DNA of 64,000 bases from Myxococcota bacterium (GTDB lineage: Bacteria; Myxococcota_A; SURF-8). Shown in pieces: positions 1-9,321 of the stretch; the first letter of the stretch is position 1; each line of letters starts with the position of its first letter. Location: the NCBI GenBank assembly GCA_963674735.2, contig CAXXQS010000002.1:1568001-1632000 (forward strand). The letters run 5' to 3'. The position numbers and the translations under genes are program-made. The notes beneath the pieces are model-generated. The model searched no databases. It was given only the letters and a program-made list of their open reading frames with translations, and was not told the origin of the DNA.

Positions 1-2
1 GC

Positions 3-659
3 GATCAGAAAATCCAGCGCAGCCGAGATCCGTGCCGGTGCCGCGAGAACCGGGTTGGGCTGTTCGCCTTGAAGTAACGTTTCCGTCGCCGGTTGAAACA
101 TTACGCGGGCATGATAGCGGTGCGCGACTTCGAGAACGTGCGAGAGGGAATCCAGGTTTTCGGACGACAAGACCGTGGAAATGCGGATCTTCTTGTCCAG
201 CCGCTTGGCGGCTTCGAGGCCTTCCAGCGCGCAGGCATAGGCTCCGTCTCCTCGAAGGGCGTCGTGAACGTCGCGTGGGCCGTCCAGGCTGATCGAGAAC
301 TGTCCCAGGTTTTTCAACTCGTGGATTCGATCCGCAACGCCATAACCCGTCGTACTGAGCGAAACCGAAATACCGCGTACGTAGCAGCGGTCGATCAGCT
401 GCCCCAAGTCTTTTCGCAGCAGGGGTTCGCCGCCGGTGAACTGAATCACCTTGACGCCGGTCGCGGCCATGTCGTCGATGAGCCGCAAGGCCGTTTCGGT
501 CGGCAGGCCGGGTTGATTTTTGCGCCAGACGTTGCAGTATGTGCAGGAAAAAACGCACTGCGTCCCCAGCGACCACCCCACCACCAGCGGCGTCGGGCGA
601 TTCAGGAAACGGGCGGCCGCCAGTTTCGGGAGGGCTTGAATTTTGGTGCTTAGCTTCAT
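3..659 (-). CDS. Radical SAM enzyme (3' end lies outside the window)
   Basis: Absent from the ORF track because it has no in-window stop. Hand translation from ATG at 659 gives MKLSTKIQALPKLAAARFLNRPTPLVVGWSLGTQCVFSCTYCNVW..., with CxxxCxxC (CVFSCTYC), FTGGEPLLRKD and SISLDGPRDVHDALRG motifs. Confidence 0.88.
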   Translation of the reverse strand, partial: MKLSTKIQALPKLAAARFLNRPTPLVVGWSLGTQCVFSCTYCNVWRKNQPGLPTETALRLIDDMAATGVKVIQFTGGEPLLRKDLGQLIDRCYVRGISVSLSTTGYGVADRIHELKNLGQFSISLDGPRDVHDALRGDGAYACALEGLEAAKRLDKKIRISTVLSSENLDSLSHVLEVAHRYHARVMFQPATETLLQGEQPNPVLAAPARISAALDFLI

Positions 660-924
660 GGTGGCGGCGGTTTCTGCATTGAGGGTTAACGGACAACGCC
701 TGATAACGATAGCGATCATAGGATAGAGCCATTGCGCGGAAGGGGCAAGGAAAATGGGCAGGCGCACCAACCCGGAGCGTCGATAGCGGGCGCAATCCGC
801 AAGCGTTTGGAAAATCGGCAGTAGCGGAGCGAACCCGGCGACACTCATCTTGGTTGCGCCTCGACCTGCGGGCGAGACTGTGCTATATCCGATGGCATCG
901 ATGGGTGAGTGAAAGGAGGCCGCG

Positions 925-2607
925 ATGAAAAGGCGGACGGCGGTTGCCTGGACGGAATTGGGCGCTTTGCGGGGCGTTTTCGCCTGGCTGGTGCTGGGTG
1001 TGCTGGTGGCCGCGGGCTGCGGCGAAGGGGACGCGAGCGTCTCGGATGGCGATGCCGATCGCGCGGGCGACACCGATGTTGAATTCGCTACGGATGGCGA
1101 CGGCGACGGCGACGGCGACGGCGAACTCGACGCGGAAGCCGCCGAATCGTGGGATCACGGACGGGTGGAGGAAACGCGGCCGCGCTGGCATTTCACCCCG
1201 CGTTCGGGTTGGATAAACGATCCCAACGGGCTTGTCTTTTTCGACGGTGAATACCACTTGTTCTATCAATATGCGGCGGAAGGATTTCTTGTCGGACCGG
1301 TGGAGTGGGGCCATGCGGTCAGTTCCGATCTTTTGCATTGGCAGGATTTGCCGCTCGCCATTCCCTACGACGCCGAGCTGGGCAACGCCTATTCCGGCAG
1401 CGCGTTGGTGGATGCCGACAACCGCAGCGGCCGGTGTCCGGACGGGCCCTGTATCGTAGCTGTATTCACGCATTCGGGCGGAAACAGCGGCGGGCAGAAG
1501 CAGAGCCTGGCCGTCAGTCGCGACCGCGGGCGCAGTTGGGAATTGCAGGCCGACAATCCGGTTTTAACCGACGACAGCCTGGCCGATTTTCGCGACCCCA
1601 AGGTCTTCTGGCATGCGCCGGAGGGCCGCTTCGTGATGGTGCTGACGGCAGGGCGGGCCTTGCGTTTTTACACCTCCGCGAACCTGAGCGAGTGGGTTTT
1701 CGCCAGCGAATTCGCCCAGCCTGCGGATTTCGAATCGGGGAAGTGGGAGTGTCCCGATCTCTTCGCCCTGCCGCATCCCGACGGGTCGGGAAACAAGCTG
1801 TGGGTGTTGCAGGTGGATGTGTTTTCCGGCGGTCCCCAGGGCGGTTCGGGCAGCCAGTATTTCGTCGGGGATTTCGATGGAACGGCCTTCACGCCGCTCG
1901 CCGACGGCGGTCCTTTCTGGCTCGATTGGGGCAAGGATTTTTACGCCGCGCAGAGTTTTTCCGGTCTGCCCGAAACCGACGGGCGGCGCCTGATGATCGG
2001 TTGGTTGAACAACTGGAGCTATGCGCTATCGACACCGAGCGAGCCGTGGCAGGGCGCGCAAAGCCTGGTGCGAAGCGTCGCGTTGACCGAAAGTGCGGAC
2101 GGATTGCGCCTGCGGCAGCGACCGGTCGCCGAGCTTGAAGCCTTGCGCGGTGCGGCTTTCGTGGAGTTGGACGACGTGGAGACGTCTCGTGCGGCGGCGG
2201 AGTTGGCCGAGCTGTCGATGGCGGCTTTCGATTTGGAACTGGAAGTCGAGCTTGAAGCCGGGGCGGCGCTCGGGTTGATTCTCGGCGAGGCGGACGACGG
2301 GATTCACATCGAATACGAGCGGGACGCGGGTGAGTTGCGCGTCGACCGGCGGCAGCTTTCCGGTGGCGATTTCGCTACGGCCTATCCGGGACTTCATGTC
2401 GCGCCGCTGGCGTTGACCGACGGTCGCCTGCGTCTGCGGATCCTGGCGGACTTGGGCTCGCTGGAGCTGTTCGCCCAGGACGGCATCTGCGTAATGAGCG
2501 AATATGTCGCCGGTGATGTCACCCGAACGCGTCTCTCCCTGGAGGGGCGGGGCACGCTGCGGATCACGCGCTTGCGCCTTTACCCGCTGGCGAGTATCTG
2601 GCCCTAG
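925..2607 (+). CDS. Glycoside hydrolase family 32 (levanase/beta-fructosidase-like) lipoprotein
   Basis: WINDPNG, FRDPKV and WECPD catalytic motifs; C-terminal beta-sandwich; signal peptide with lipobox AAGC; AGGAGG RBS upstream. Confidence 0.93.
   Translation: MKRRTAVAWTELGALRGVFAWLVLGVLVAAGCGEGDASVSDGDADRAGDTDVEFATDGDGDGDGDGELDAEAAESWDHGRVEETRPRWHFTPRSGWINDPNGLVFFDGEYHLFYQYAAEGFLVGPVEWGHAVSSDLLHWQDLPLAIPYDAELGNAYSGSALVDADNRSGRCPDGPCIVAVFTHSGGNSGGQKQSLAVSRDRGRSWELQADNPVLTDDSLADFRDPKVFWHAPEGRFVMVLTAGRALRFYTSANLSEWVFASEFAQPADFESGKWECPDLFALPHPDGSGNKLWVLQVDVFSGGPQGGSGSQYFVGDFDGTAFTPLADGGPFWLDWGKDFYAAQSFSGLPETDGRRLMIGWLNNWSYALSTPSEPWQGAQSLVRSVALTESADGLRLRQRPVAELEALRGAAFVELDDVETSRAAAELAELSMAAFDLELEVELEAGAALGLILGEADDGIHIEYERDAGELRVDRRQLSGGDFATAYPGLHVAPLALTDGRLRLRILADLGSLELFAQDGICVMSEYVAGDVTRTRLSLEGRGTLRITRLRLYPLASIWP
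1093..1122 (+). repeat. GA(C/T)GGC hexamer x5, encoding the DGDGDGDGDG linker of the GH32 lipoprotein
   Basis: Direct read: gatggc gacggc gacggc gacggc gacggc. Confidence 0.9.
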
Positions 2608-3242
2608 CGCGGGCGAGGTTGCGCCGGATGCGCTCGTTCGTCCGCTTGCCGTGACCGGCGAAATAGGTCACATTTGCAAAAATGCGCCATCACCACCTAT
2701 TTTGGCCGCTTTGCCGCGACAGGTGTCGATTCGCTCGATGCGTCCCCTGCGCCGTTTGACGGCGATCATTTTCGCTTTCCTTGAAATCACAGGGTTTTCC
2801 GGCGGCGAATCGGGGAGTAAAGTCGTATTCCGATCAGTTTTTAGGGAATGCCCTAATACGTCACACCGTGTTGGGTCGCCAAGCTGCAAAATCACGCTGT
2901 GTCGTCCCGCTGCGCGGATCGGCGAATTCGGTCCGAACATGGAAAACGATGTTATAACGAGGGGTTGCAAGCCGGATACTCCGGATGCCGTCTGGAGCGA
3001 GAAGGCCGTCCAGCCGTTTTACGAGTCGCAAAGCGGCGGCAAAGTTCATATACTAAATATAATATATAGAAAATATTCAAAGGACGCCCTGTTAACTATT
3101 TGATATCACACGAGAATGGTGGGATTTCGCCGTTGGAGCTGAAAGACACCCCGCAAAAGCGCCGAAAACAGTGAATAGATGTGTAATAACAAGGAGATGT
3201 AGAGAGGGGAGGGCCGTAACCCGCCCTTCGTCGCCTCCTGCG

Positions 3243-4721
3243 TCAGGCTTCCCGTTTGCTGAAGACCAGCCGCCCGTTCTGGAAGACTTTCGCCGGTTGC
3301 ATCAGGTGCGCGGCACGGGTCAGCGGGTTGTCGGTAAAGACCGCCAGATCGGCCGCCTTGCCCGCTTCGATGGAGCCTAATTCATTCTCAAGCCCAAAAA
3401 GACGCGCGTTATTGACCGTGGCCATTTTCAGGCCCTCGGCCGCACTGACTCCGATGTGCTCCAAAAGCATCAATTCAAGCGCCATCGCGCCGGGGAAGAC
3501 GAAGGGGATGCCGCCGTCGTTGCCGCAGCCGAAAGGTACGCCAGATTCGTACAGCTGCCGCGCGTTGGCCATGCCGCGCACCACGGCCGAGGTGAAATGG
3601 CGCGGGTCGGGCCAGGGAATCAGGTGCCGCTGGGTATAGGATTGCGGGTTGCGGTAGCGGCGATAGAGATCCAGCGAGCCCGTCGCCAGATCCGGTTCGA
3701 GGTAACTGCGGATCAGACTCGGCAGCCACGCGTCGCGCAGCGCCAGCACCTCGGGCAGATAGCCGCGACCCCAGCAGGGATCGCCGTCCATGCGGTGCGC
3801 CAGACCGAAGGGCGCCGACAAGGTGGGCACCGACCAGCCGCCCTGATCTTTCATGCGGCGGTGGCAGGCATCGTCCAGCATCGCGTCGCGGATCACGTGT
3901 TGGAAATCGATCACGCCGCTTTCCAGTCCGCGCCGCATACCGCCGTGCTCGGTTTGGTGCAGGGCCACGGAAACGCCCTGTTTACGGGCCTCGTCGCACA
4001 CGGCTGTCAGCGTGGGCGTGTCCATCACCGGCAGGGCCGTGCTCGGAATGAACAGCCGCTCGGGTTGCTGGAACACCTTGATGAAGTCGGCCCCCGTGTC
4101 GATTCCGCGCTTGACGCCGTCGCGCGCCTCGGCCGGATTGCGCGCCGCGCGGATGAACGGGTCGTTGCCCCAGACGGAGATCTGGCTGCCGTAACCGCCC
4201 GGCTCATACAAGGCGCAGCAGGTGAGAATGCGCGGGCCCACGATTTCGCCGCGTGCGATTTTCTCCTTGAGCTTGTCCATCAACGGACCCACGGCCAGCA
4301 TGTCGCGCACGCAGGTGACGCCGTGCTTGATGCACTCCTCGGCGTTGCGCTCCACCTGCCGTTCGTAGGCGAAGACCATGGCCGGACCGAAATTCACGCC
4401 GCAGGGCAGGGTGATGTGGCAATGGGCGTTGATCAATCCGGGGGTGACGAAGCCGCCCGCCAGATCCACCGTCGCGGCGGGTCCGACCGGGTTGTCCGGC
4501 GACACCAGCGCCGCGATGCGACCGTCGTCGATCAGCAGGGCGGTTTCAGGGCGCAGCACGCCCCGCTCGACATCGACGATCTGCGCGTTTTTAAGCAGTA
4601 AGCGTTGTGGCCAGCGGCCCGCATGGGGCGCGACATAACGCGGGGTAGCGGTGGAACAGCCCGGCGCGGAGGCGGCCAGCGCGGCCAGGGCGGAAAACTG
4701 CAGGAACTGGCGGCGGTCCAT
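3243..4721 (-). CDS. Metal-dependent amidohydrolase, Tat-exported lipoprotein
   Basis: Twin-arginine MDRRQFLQF and lipobox APGC; PGLINAHCH (HxH), FIKV lysine, GNDGG aspartate, C-terminal GSIEAGKAADL; start overlaps the upstream stop (TAATG). Confidence 0.88.
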   Translation of the reverse strand: MDRRQFLQFSALAALAASAPGCSTATPRYVAPHAGRWPQRLLLKNAQIVDVERGVLRPETALLIDDGRIAALVSPDNPVGPAATVDLAGGFVTPGLINAHCHITLPCGVNFGPAMVFAYERQVERNAEECIKHGVTCVRDMLAVGPLMDKLKEKIARGEIVGPRILTCCALYEPGGYGSQISVWGNDPFIRAARNPAEARDGVKRGIDTGADFIKVFQQPERLFIPSTALPVMDTPTLTAVCDEARKQGVSVALHQTEHGGMRRGLESGVIDFQHVIRDAMLDDACHRRMKDQGGWSVPTLSAPFGLAHRMDGDPCWGRGYLPEVLALRDAWLPSLIRSYLEPDLATGSLDLYRRYRNPQSYTQRHLIPWPDPRHFTSAVVRGMANARQLYESGVPFGCGNDGGIPFVFPGAMALELMLLEHIGVSAAEGLKMATVNNARLFGLENELGSIEAGKAADLAVFTDNPLTRAAHLMQPAKVFQNGRLVFSKREA

Positions 4722-5563
4722 TATTCACTCGCTTCGTTTTTCACACGGGCCTTTTCGATGATACGTTCGGTCATGCTTTCGCGCAGACCGGGAAACCAGC
4801 GGTTGACGGCGTTGACGAAACGGCCCTTGAAGCCCGGAATGATCAAGGCGCGGTTGCGGTCCATGCCCTGCAACATGCCTTCCACCACCGCTTCGGCGGA
4901 CATCAGGCCCGCTTTGTCGTTGATGGCCTTGGTTTCCGGCGGTTTGAAGGTGTCGGTGTGGCGCAGCATGGGTGTGTCCACCTGCACCGGACAGAGCACC
5001 GATACGCCGATGCCGTAGGGTTTCAGCTCGCTGCGCAGGGCCTGGGTGAAGCCCACCGCCGCGAACTTGGAGGCCGAGTAGGTGGTGTAGCCGTAATTAC
5101 CCATCAGCCCGGCCATGGAAGCCACGTTGACGATGGTGCCGCCCGTCTGCTTCATGGCGGGCAGGCAGGCCTCGATCACGTGGCGCAGGCCGTAGACGTT
5201 GAGCTGCATCAGCTTGTCGAAGCGCGCGAAGCTCTCTTCCTCGAAACGCGTGGCGCCGCCCGCCCCGGCGCAGTTGATCAGAACCTGCGGTCCGCCGAAA
5301 TCGGCGATGGCGTCTTTCAGGGTGGCGAGCACCGCGTCGCGGTCGGTGACGTCGAGCGGCAAGCTGGCGAACAGCTGCTCGGAACGCGGGGCCGCCGCTT
5401 TGAAGGCCGCTTCGGCTTCGGCGCGAACGGCGGGAGCGTCGATGGAAAAGGCCAGCACGTCCGCGCCCAGTTGCGCGAAACGGATCCCGGCGGCGCGTCC
5501 GATCCCGCTGGTGCCGCCGCTGATGAAAACGCGCTGTCTGTCGTAATTTCGTTTAGGTGTCAT
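4721..5563 (-). CDS. Short-chain dehydrogenase/reductase, 3-ketodihydrosphingosine reductase (KDSR)-like
   Basis: Start moved to ATG 5563 because the ORF-track extension overlaps the MFS gene. GGTSGIG Rossmann motif, NCAG, YSASK catalytic motif; DTPML..KPPETKAI resembles the KDSR subfamily. Confidence 0.85.
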   Translation of the reverse strand: MTPKRNYDRQRVFISGGTSGIGRAAGIRFAQLGADVLAFSIDAPAVRAEAEAAFKAAAPRSEQLFASLPLDVTDRDAVLATLKDAIADFGGPQVLINCAGAGGATRFEEESFARFDKLMQLNVYGLRHVIEACLPAMKQTGGTIVNVASMAGLMGNYGYTTYSASKFAAVGFTQALRSELKPYGIGVSVLCPVQVDTPMLRHTDTFKPPETKAINDKAGLMSAEAVVEGMLQGMDRNRALIIPGFKGRFVNAVNRWFPGLRESMTERIIEKARVKNEASE

Positions 5564-5580
5564 GGTATGGCTCGACTGTA

Positions 5581-6894
5581 TCAGGTGGCGCTGAATTCCA
5601 GATCGATGGCCTCGACTTTGTCGAGATCCCGATTGTAGAATAGCGCACCGGCAAAAAACAAAAGCCCGGCCAACAGGCTGAAGGCGGGCAACAGGGTCAT
5701 GGCGAAGGTGATGTCGCTGGCGTCGGAAACCGCCCCGACGAAGATCGGGCCGAGCGAGCTGCCCAGCAGGTTCTGCACGATGACACAGAAGCCGTAGGAG
5801 GTGGCGCGCAGGCCCGGATGCACGACGTCCTGGGTCACCGCCGCCGCACCGGGAACGAAAATGGAGGCCGCCAGTCCGCCTGATAAAAGCACGACATATT
5901 GCAGTGTGCCTTCGAAAAACGCGAAGGCGCTGAAGAGCAAACCGGCCGTCAGGCAGGAGGAAATCGCCGGGACCAGGATGCGGGCGTTCCGTTGTTTGCG
6001 ACTCCAGCGGTCGGCCAGAAAACCGCCCAGAGGCGAGCCGACGATGGCGAAGACCATGATCAGGCTGCTTTTGAGTCCGGCGTCGGATTCCGCCATGCCC
6101 TGGGTGCGATGGAAATAGCTGGGCAGCCAGCACAGCAGGGCGGTGGTGACGAAGGTGTTGCCCGCAAAGGCCACGTAGGTGAGCAGCAGCGAGGGGGTGG
6201 AGGTAAACTCGCGGGCGATGTCGCGGCGGCTCATTTTGACCGATCCGGCAGCGAGGCCGGGGTTTGTCTGCTTTTTGATCAACTCAACCGATTTGTAGTC
6301 TTTCGTTTTGAAAAACAACAGGGCGACCACGATGCCCGGCAGCGCCACCAGTCCGAAGGCGTGCTGCCAGCCGAGGTGGGTGGCCACCACGCCGCCCAGC
6401 GCGATGCCGCCCGCCGCGCCCAAAGGGATGGACGCGGTCCAGACGCCCAGGGCCAAAGCGCGTTTGGCCGGGGAGAAAATGGCCGAAATCATGGCGGTGC
6501 CGCCCGGCGCATAGCCCGCTTCGCCGATGCCGATGATCGAGCGCACGATGAAAAGCTGGGTGAAGTTGCGCGTGAAGGCGCAGGCACCGGTGGCCAGACT
6601 CCAGATCAGCGCCATCAGCGCGATGGTTTTCCGGCGGCTCCAGCGGTCGATCAGAAACGACACCGGCAGCGAAAAGACGATGATCGACCAGTAGACGGCC
6701 GACATCAGCATGCCGCATTGGGTGTCGGACAGGCCCCAGTCTTCCTTGATGAACGGAAAGAGCGACGAGACCACCATGCGATCGACATAGTCGAAGACGT
6801 AGAGCAGGATGAGCAGGATGTAAATGTAATAGGCGGAACCGGGACTGATCCCCGACTCGGTACGTGCGGCATTCCCGTCGGCGTTTGCGTGCAT
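5581..6894 (-). CDS. MFS transporter, Spinster-like family
   Basis: About 12 hydrophobic segments; FDYVDRMVVSS, IDRWSRRK motif A, RSIIGIGEAGY, GGFLADRWS. Confidence 0.9.
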   Translation of the reverse strand: MHANADGNAARTESGISPGSAYYIYILLILLYVFDYVDRMVVSSLFPFIKEDWGLSDTQCGMLMSAVYWSIIVFSLPVSFLIDRWSRRKTIALMALIWSLATGACAFTRNFTQLFIVRSIIGIGEAGYAPGGTAMISAIFSPAKRALALGVWTASIPLGAAGGIALGGVVATHLGWQHAFGLVALPGIVVALLFFKTKDYKSVELIKKQTNPGLAAGSVKMSRRDIAREFTSTPSLLLTYVAFAGNTFVTTALLCWLPSYFHRTQGMAESDAGLKSSLIMVFAIVGSPLGGFLADRWSRKQRNARILVPAISSCLTAGLLFSAFAFFEGTLQYVVLLSGGLAASIFVPGAAAVTQDVVHPGLRATSYGFCVIVQNLLGSSLGPIFVGAVSDASDITFAMTLLPAFSLLAGLLFFAGALFYNRDLDKVEAIDLEFSAT

Positions 6895-7062
6895 GATAAG
6901 GATCTATCTCCAGCCGGGCGAATCGGAGCGGCGATTGCGTGTTAGTATTCGCGATGGCGCGTCGGTATTCGAATCGATGGATGCCGGTTCACGTGATGAC
7001 GGCCCATCCTAGTGCGTGGCGGCGGATGCGGTCAAGAAATGATTTGAAAAAGCCGGGTCCGT

Positions 7063-9303
7063 TTACGGCTGTGGTTTCTTCTGTTGCGGCAGATCGGTTT
7101 CCGTCAGGCGCAGGCGGCTGCGTTCGAGTTGCAGGCGCAAGCCCGTACCGGCCACGCGCTGCACGCCGAGAAAGGCCTTGACGCCGGACAGACCTTCTTG
7201 GCTGTTCATCAGAACGCCGCCGATGCGTTCGGATTGGCCGGAGGCGATGTCGACGCCGTTGAGCACCAGCAAGGCGCGTTTGCCGTCGAGGATCGTGAAA
7301 AACAGGCGCGCCCGTCCGCCGTCGCCGAGCAGGCGCAGGTTCAACGTCACTTCCAATCCGCTACGTGCCGGGATCTCCAGGCCGTCGGAGACGAGCAGTT
7401 TGTGGATGCCGTCGTCGTCGGGGACGGTGAGCGTTTGCGGCGGATAGAGGGTCGTTTCATGCTGATAGCGTCCACCGACCGAGGCGCGCCCGCCGCCGGT
7501 GAGGCTGCGCATGGCCTGCATGCGCGCGACCTGCCGGGAGTCCAGCTCGGTCTTTTCGTGCTTTCCGGCAAACAGACTTTCCTCGATGCGGTAGCCCTCG
7601 CATTGGCTGAAGTCCAGGTCGCAGACCGTGAGCGCACCCGACGGATCGTAGAGGTAGCTGCGTTTTTCGTAGTTGCTGCCGAAAAAGGCCGGTCGGGGCG
7701 CGTCCGGGTAGGTTCTAAACAGGCTGCGTCCGACGACCTGCGGCGTCCGGTCGGCGAGGCCCAGGTAATCCACCAGCGACAGGGCCAGGTCGGAGAGGAA
7801 AAAGGACTCCGTGACGACGCGGGGGCGTTCGTTGGGGACGAAGGCGGCGACGAGTCCCCAATTGCGGCTGAGGGTCTGCGTCAGGTTGTCGTAACCGAAA
7901 CTCATGCCGACGGATTCGTCGCCGGTGAGCACAACCAGCGTATCGTCGAACACGCCTTTGGCGCGCAGACGCTCGAAGAAATCGCCGAGGGCTTGGTCCA
8001 GATAGGCGAACGCGCGTTCCCGGTCTCCGCTTTCACCGGAGGGGTCGCCGTCTGCGGCGGAGGCTTTGGCTTGCGGCGGCAGAATGTAGGGATGGTGAGT
8101 TCCGGCGCTGAGCAGGGTCAGAAACCAGGGCTTGTCTTGCTGCTGCAGCTCGTCGATCAGCGAATCGGCGCGTTCGAAAAACGCCCGGTCGTCGACGCCC
8201 CATTCGTTGCGGGCGTAGCCGTCCGTGAAGCTCTCTTCGCCCAGCACGCGGTCGAAACCGGCGGCCGGCATGAACTTGTCTTTGTGCATGAACCACAAGG
8301 GCGCGGCCTGCATGTACACCGCTTCATACCCGGCGCGCTTGAGGATGCGCGGCAGGCAGTCGCGCGACGGGTCGAGGGTGTAGTCGGTCATTTTGGCGAT
8401 GCGCTCATCGAGTTTCGGGTAATCGCCGCACAGGATGGTGTATTCCCCGCGATTGGTTTCGCGTTGATGATTGACGATCGAGGCGTAGGCCAGGGCGTGT
8501 TTCAGGGCGGCGTCCGTTTTTTGCATGCGGATCGGATCGTAGGCGATGCCGTGGCGTTCGGCCAGGCTGGGCAAAAAGGCGGCGGAAATGGATTCGGCCA
8601 TGATCAACAGGACGTTGGTCCCGCGTCGTCCCAGCTCGATTCGCGGCTGTCCGGAGAGATCGGGCTTTAAAAGCTGCGACAGGGCTTTGACTTCGTCGGG
8701 GGCGAGAGCCGTCTCCGGGCGGGTGTCCGGGGCGAAGAGGCGGTTGACGTTGAGTGCCAGAAAGTTGCTGCGCCGCCAATCCGCCGCATCGAGCGTCGGG
8801 CGGGCCAGGGCGATGGCGATTCCCGCACACAGGACGGCCACCAGCACGAGTCGGCCGCGCCCTTCGACGGGGGCTTTCAGCAGCCAGACCGCCGCCAAAG
8901 GCGTGAGCAGCAGGCCGAAAACGAACAGGATCGGCTCGCTGATATTCAACGCCGAGCCGAACAGAAAGGTGGGATCGAGCAGGTATGCCAGAAATCCCGC
9001 CTTGAGCACCAAAGCGCCTTCGAGCACGCGCGCGAATTCGAAATTGGCGTAACAGGCGAGGCTCCAGCCGATAGCGGCGACCACCCCCGCCGTGCGCCTG
9101 AAACGGGGCAAGGCCAGTAGCAGGGCGGCCAGCCCCAGCGCCATCAGCAGATCGGAGCCGAGACCGAGCAGATCCTCGGCGGAAGCCGGGATGCGCTTGA
9201 CCGCCAGCAGCCGCCCGTGAAACAGAGCGGCAATCGTCAAGAATGCGGCGGTCAAGGCGAACAATCGCGCCGTCACGGGCCGTTGGGTGAACCATCGAGT
9301 CAT
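7063..9303 (-). CDS. LTA synthase (LtaS)-like / sulfatase-superfamily membrane protein with extra C-terminal domain
   Basis: About 5 N-terminal TM helices, NVLLIMAES, putative catalytic Thr in RETNRGEY, GTHHPY, YLDQALGDFF, LVVLTGDE. Confidence 0.78.
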   Translation of the reverse strand: MTRWFTQRPVTARLFALTAAFLTIAALFHGRLLAVKRIPASAEDLLGLGSDLLMALGLAALLLALPRFRRTAGVVAAIGWSLACYANFEFARVLEGALVLKAGFLAYLLDPTFLFGSALNISEPILFVFGLLLTPLAAVWLLKAPVEGRGRLVLVAVLCAGIAIALARPTLDAADWRRSNFLALNVNRLFAPDTRPETALAPDEVKALSQLLKPDLSGQPRIELGRRGTNVLLIMAESISAAFLPSLAERHGIAYDPIRMQKTDAALKHALAYASIVNHQRETNRGEYTILCGDYPKLDERIAKMTDYTLDPSRDCLPRILKRAGYEAVYMQAAPLWFMHKDKFMPAAGFDRVLGEESFTDGYARNEWGVDDRAFFERADSLIDELQQQDKPWFLTLLSAGTHHPYILPPQAKASAADGDPSGESGDRERAFAYLDQALGDFFERLRAKGVFDDTLVVLTGDESVGMSFGYDNLTQTLSRNWGLVAAFVPNERPRVVTESFFLSDLALSLVDYLGLADRTPQVVGRSLFRTYPDAPRPAFFGSNYEKRSYLYDPSGALTVCDLDFSQCEGYRIEESLFAGKHEKTELDSRQVARMQAMRSLTGGGRASVGGRYQHETTLYPPQTLTVPDDDGIHKLLVSDGLEIPARSGLEVTLNLRLLGDGGRARLFFTILDGKRALLVLNGVDIASGQSERIGGVLMNSQEGLSGVKAFLGVQRVAGTGLRLQLERSRLRLTETDLPQQKKPQP

Positions 9304-9321
9304 GGGTGCCTGTCGCTTCTT

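Noticed and set aside
93-653. 186-aa + strand ORF at the window start
   Set aside because: Antisense shadow of the radical SAM gene on the minus strand.
5564-6133. N-terminal extension of the SDR in the ORF track, suggesting a fusion protein
   Set aside because: It overlaps the MFS gene in another frame; the Rossmann motif begins just after ATG 5563.
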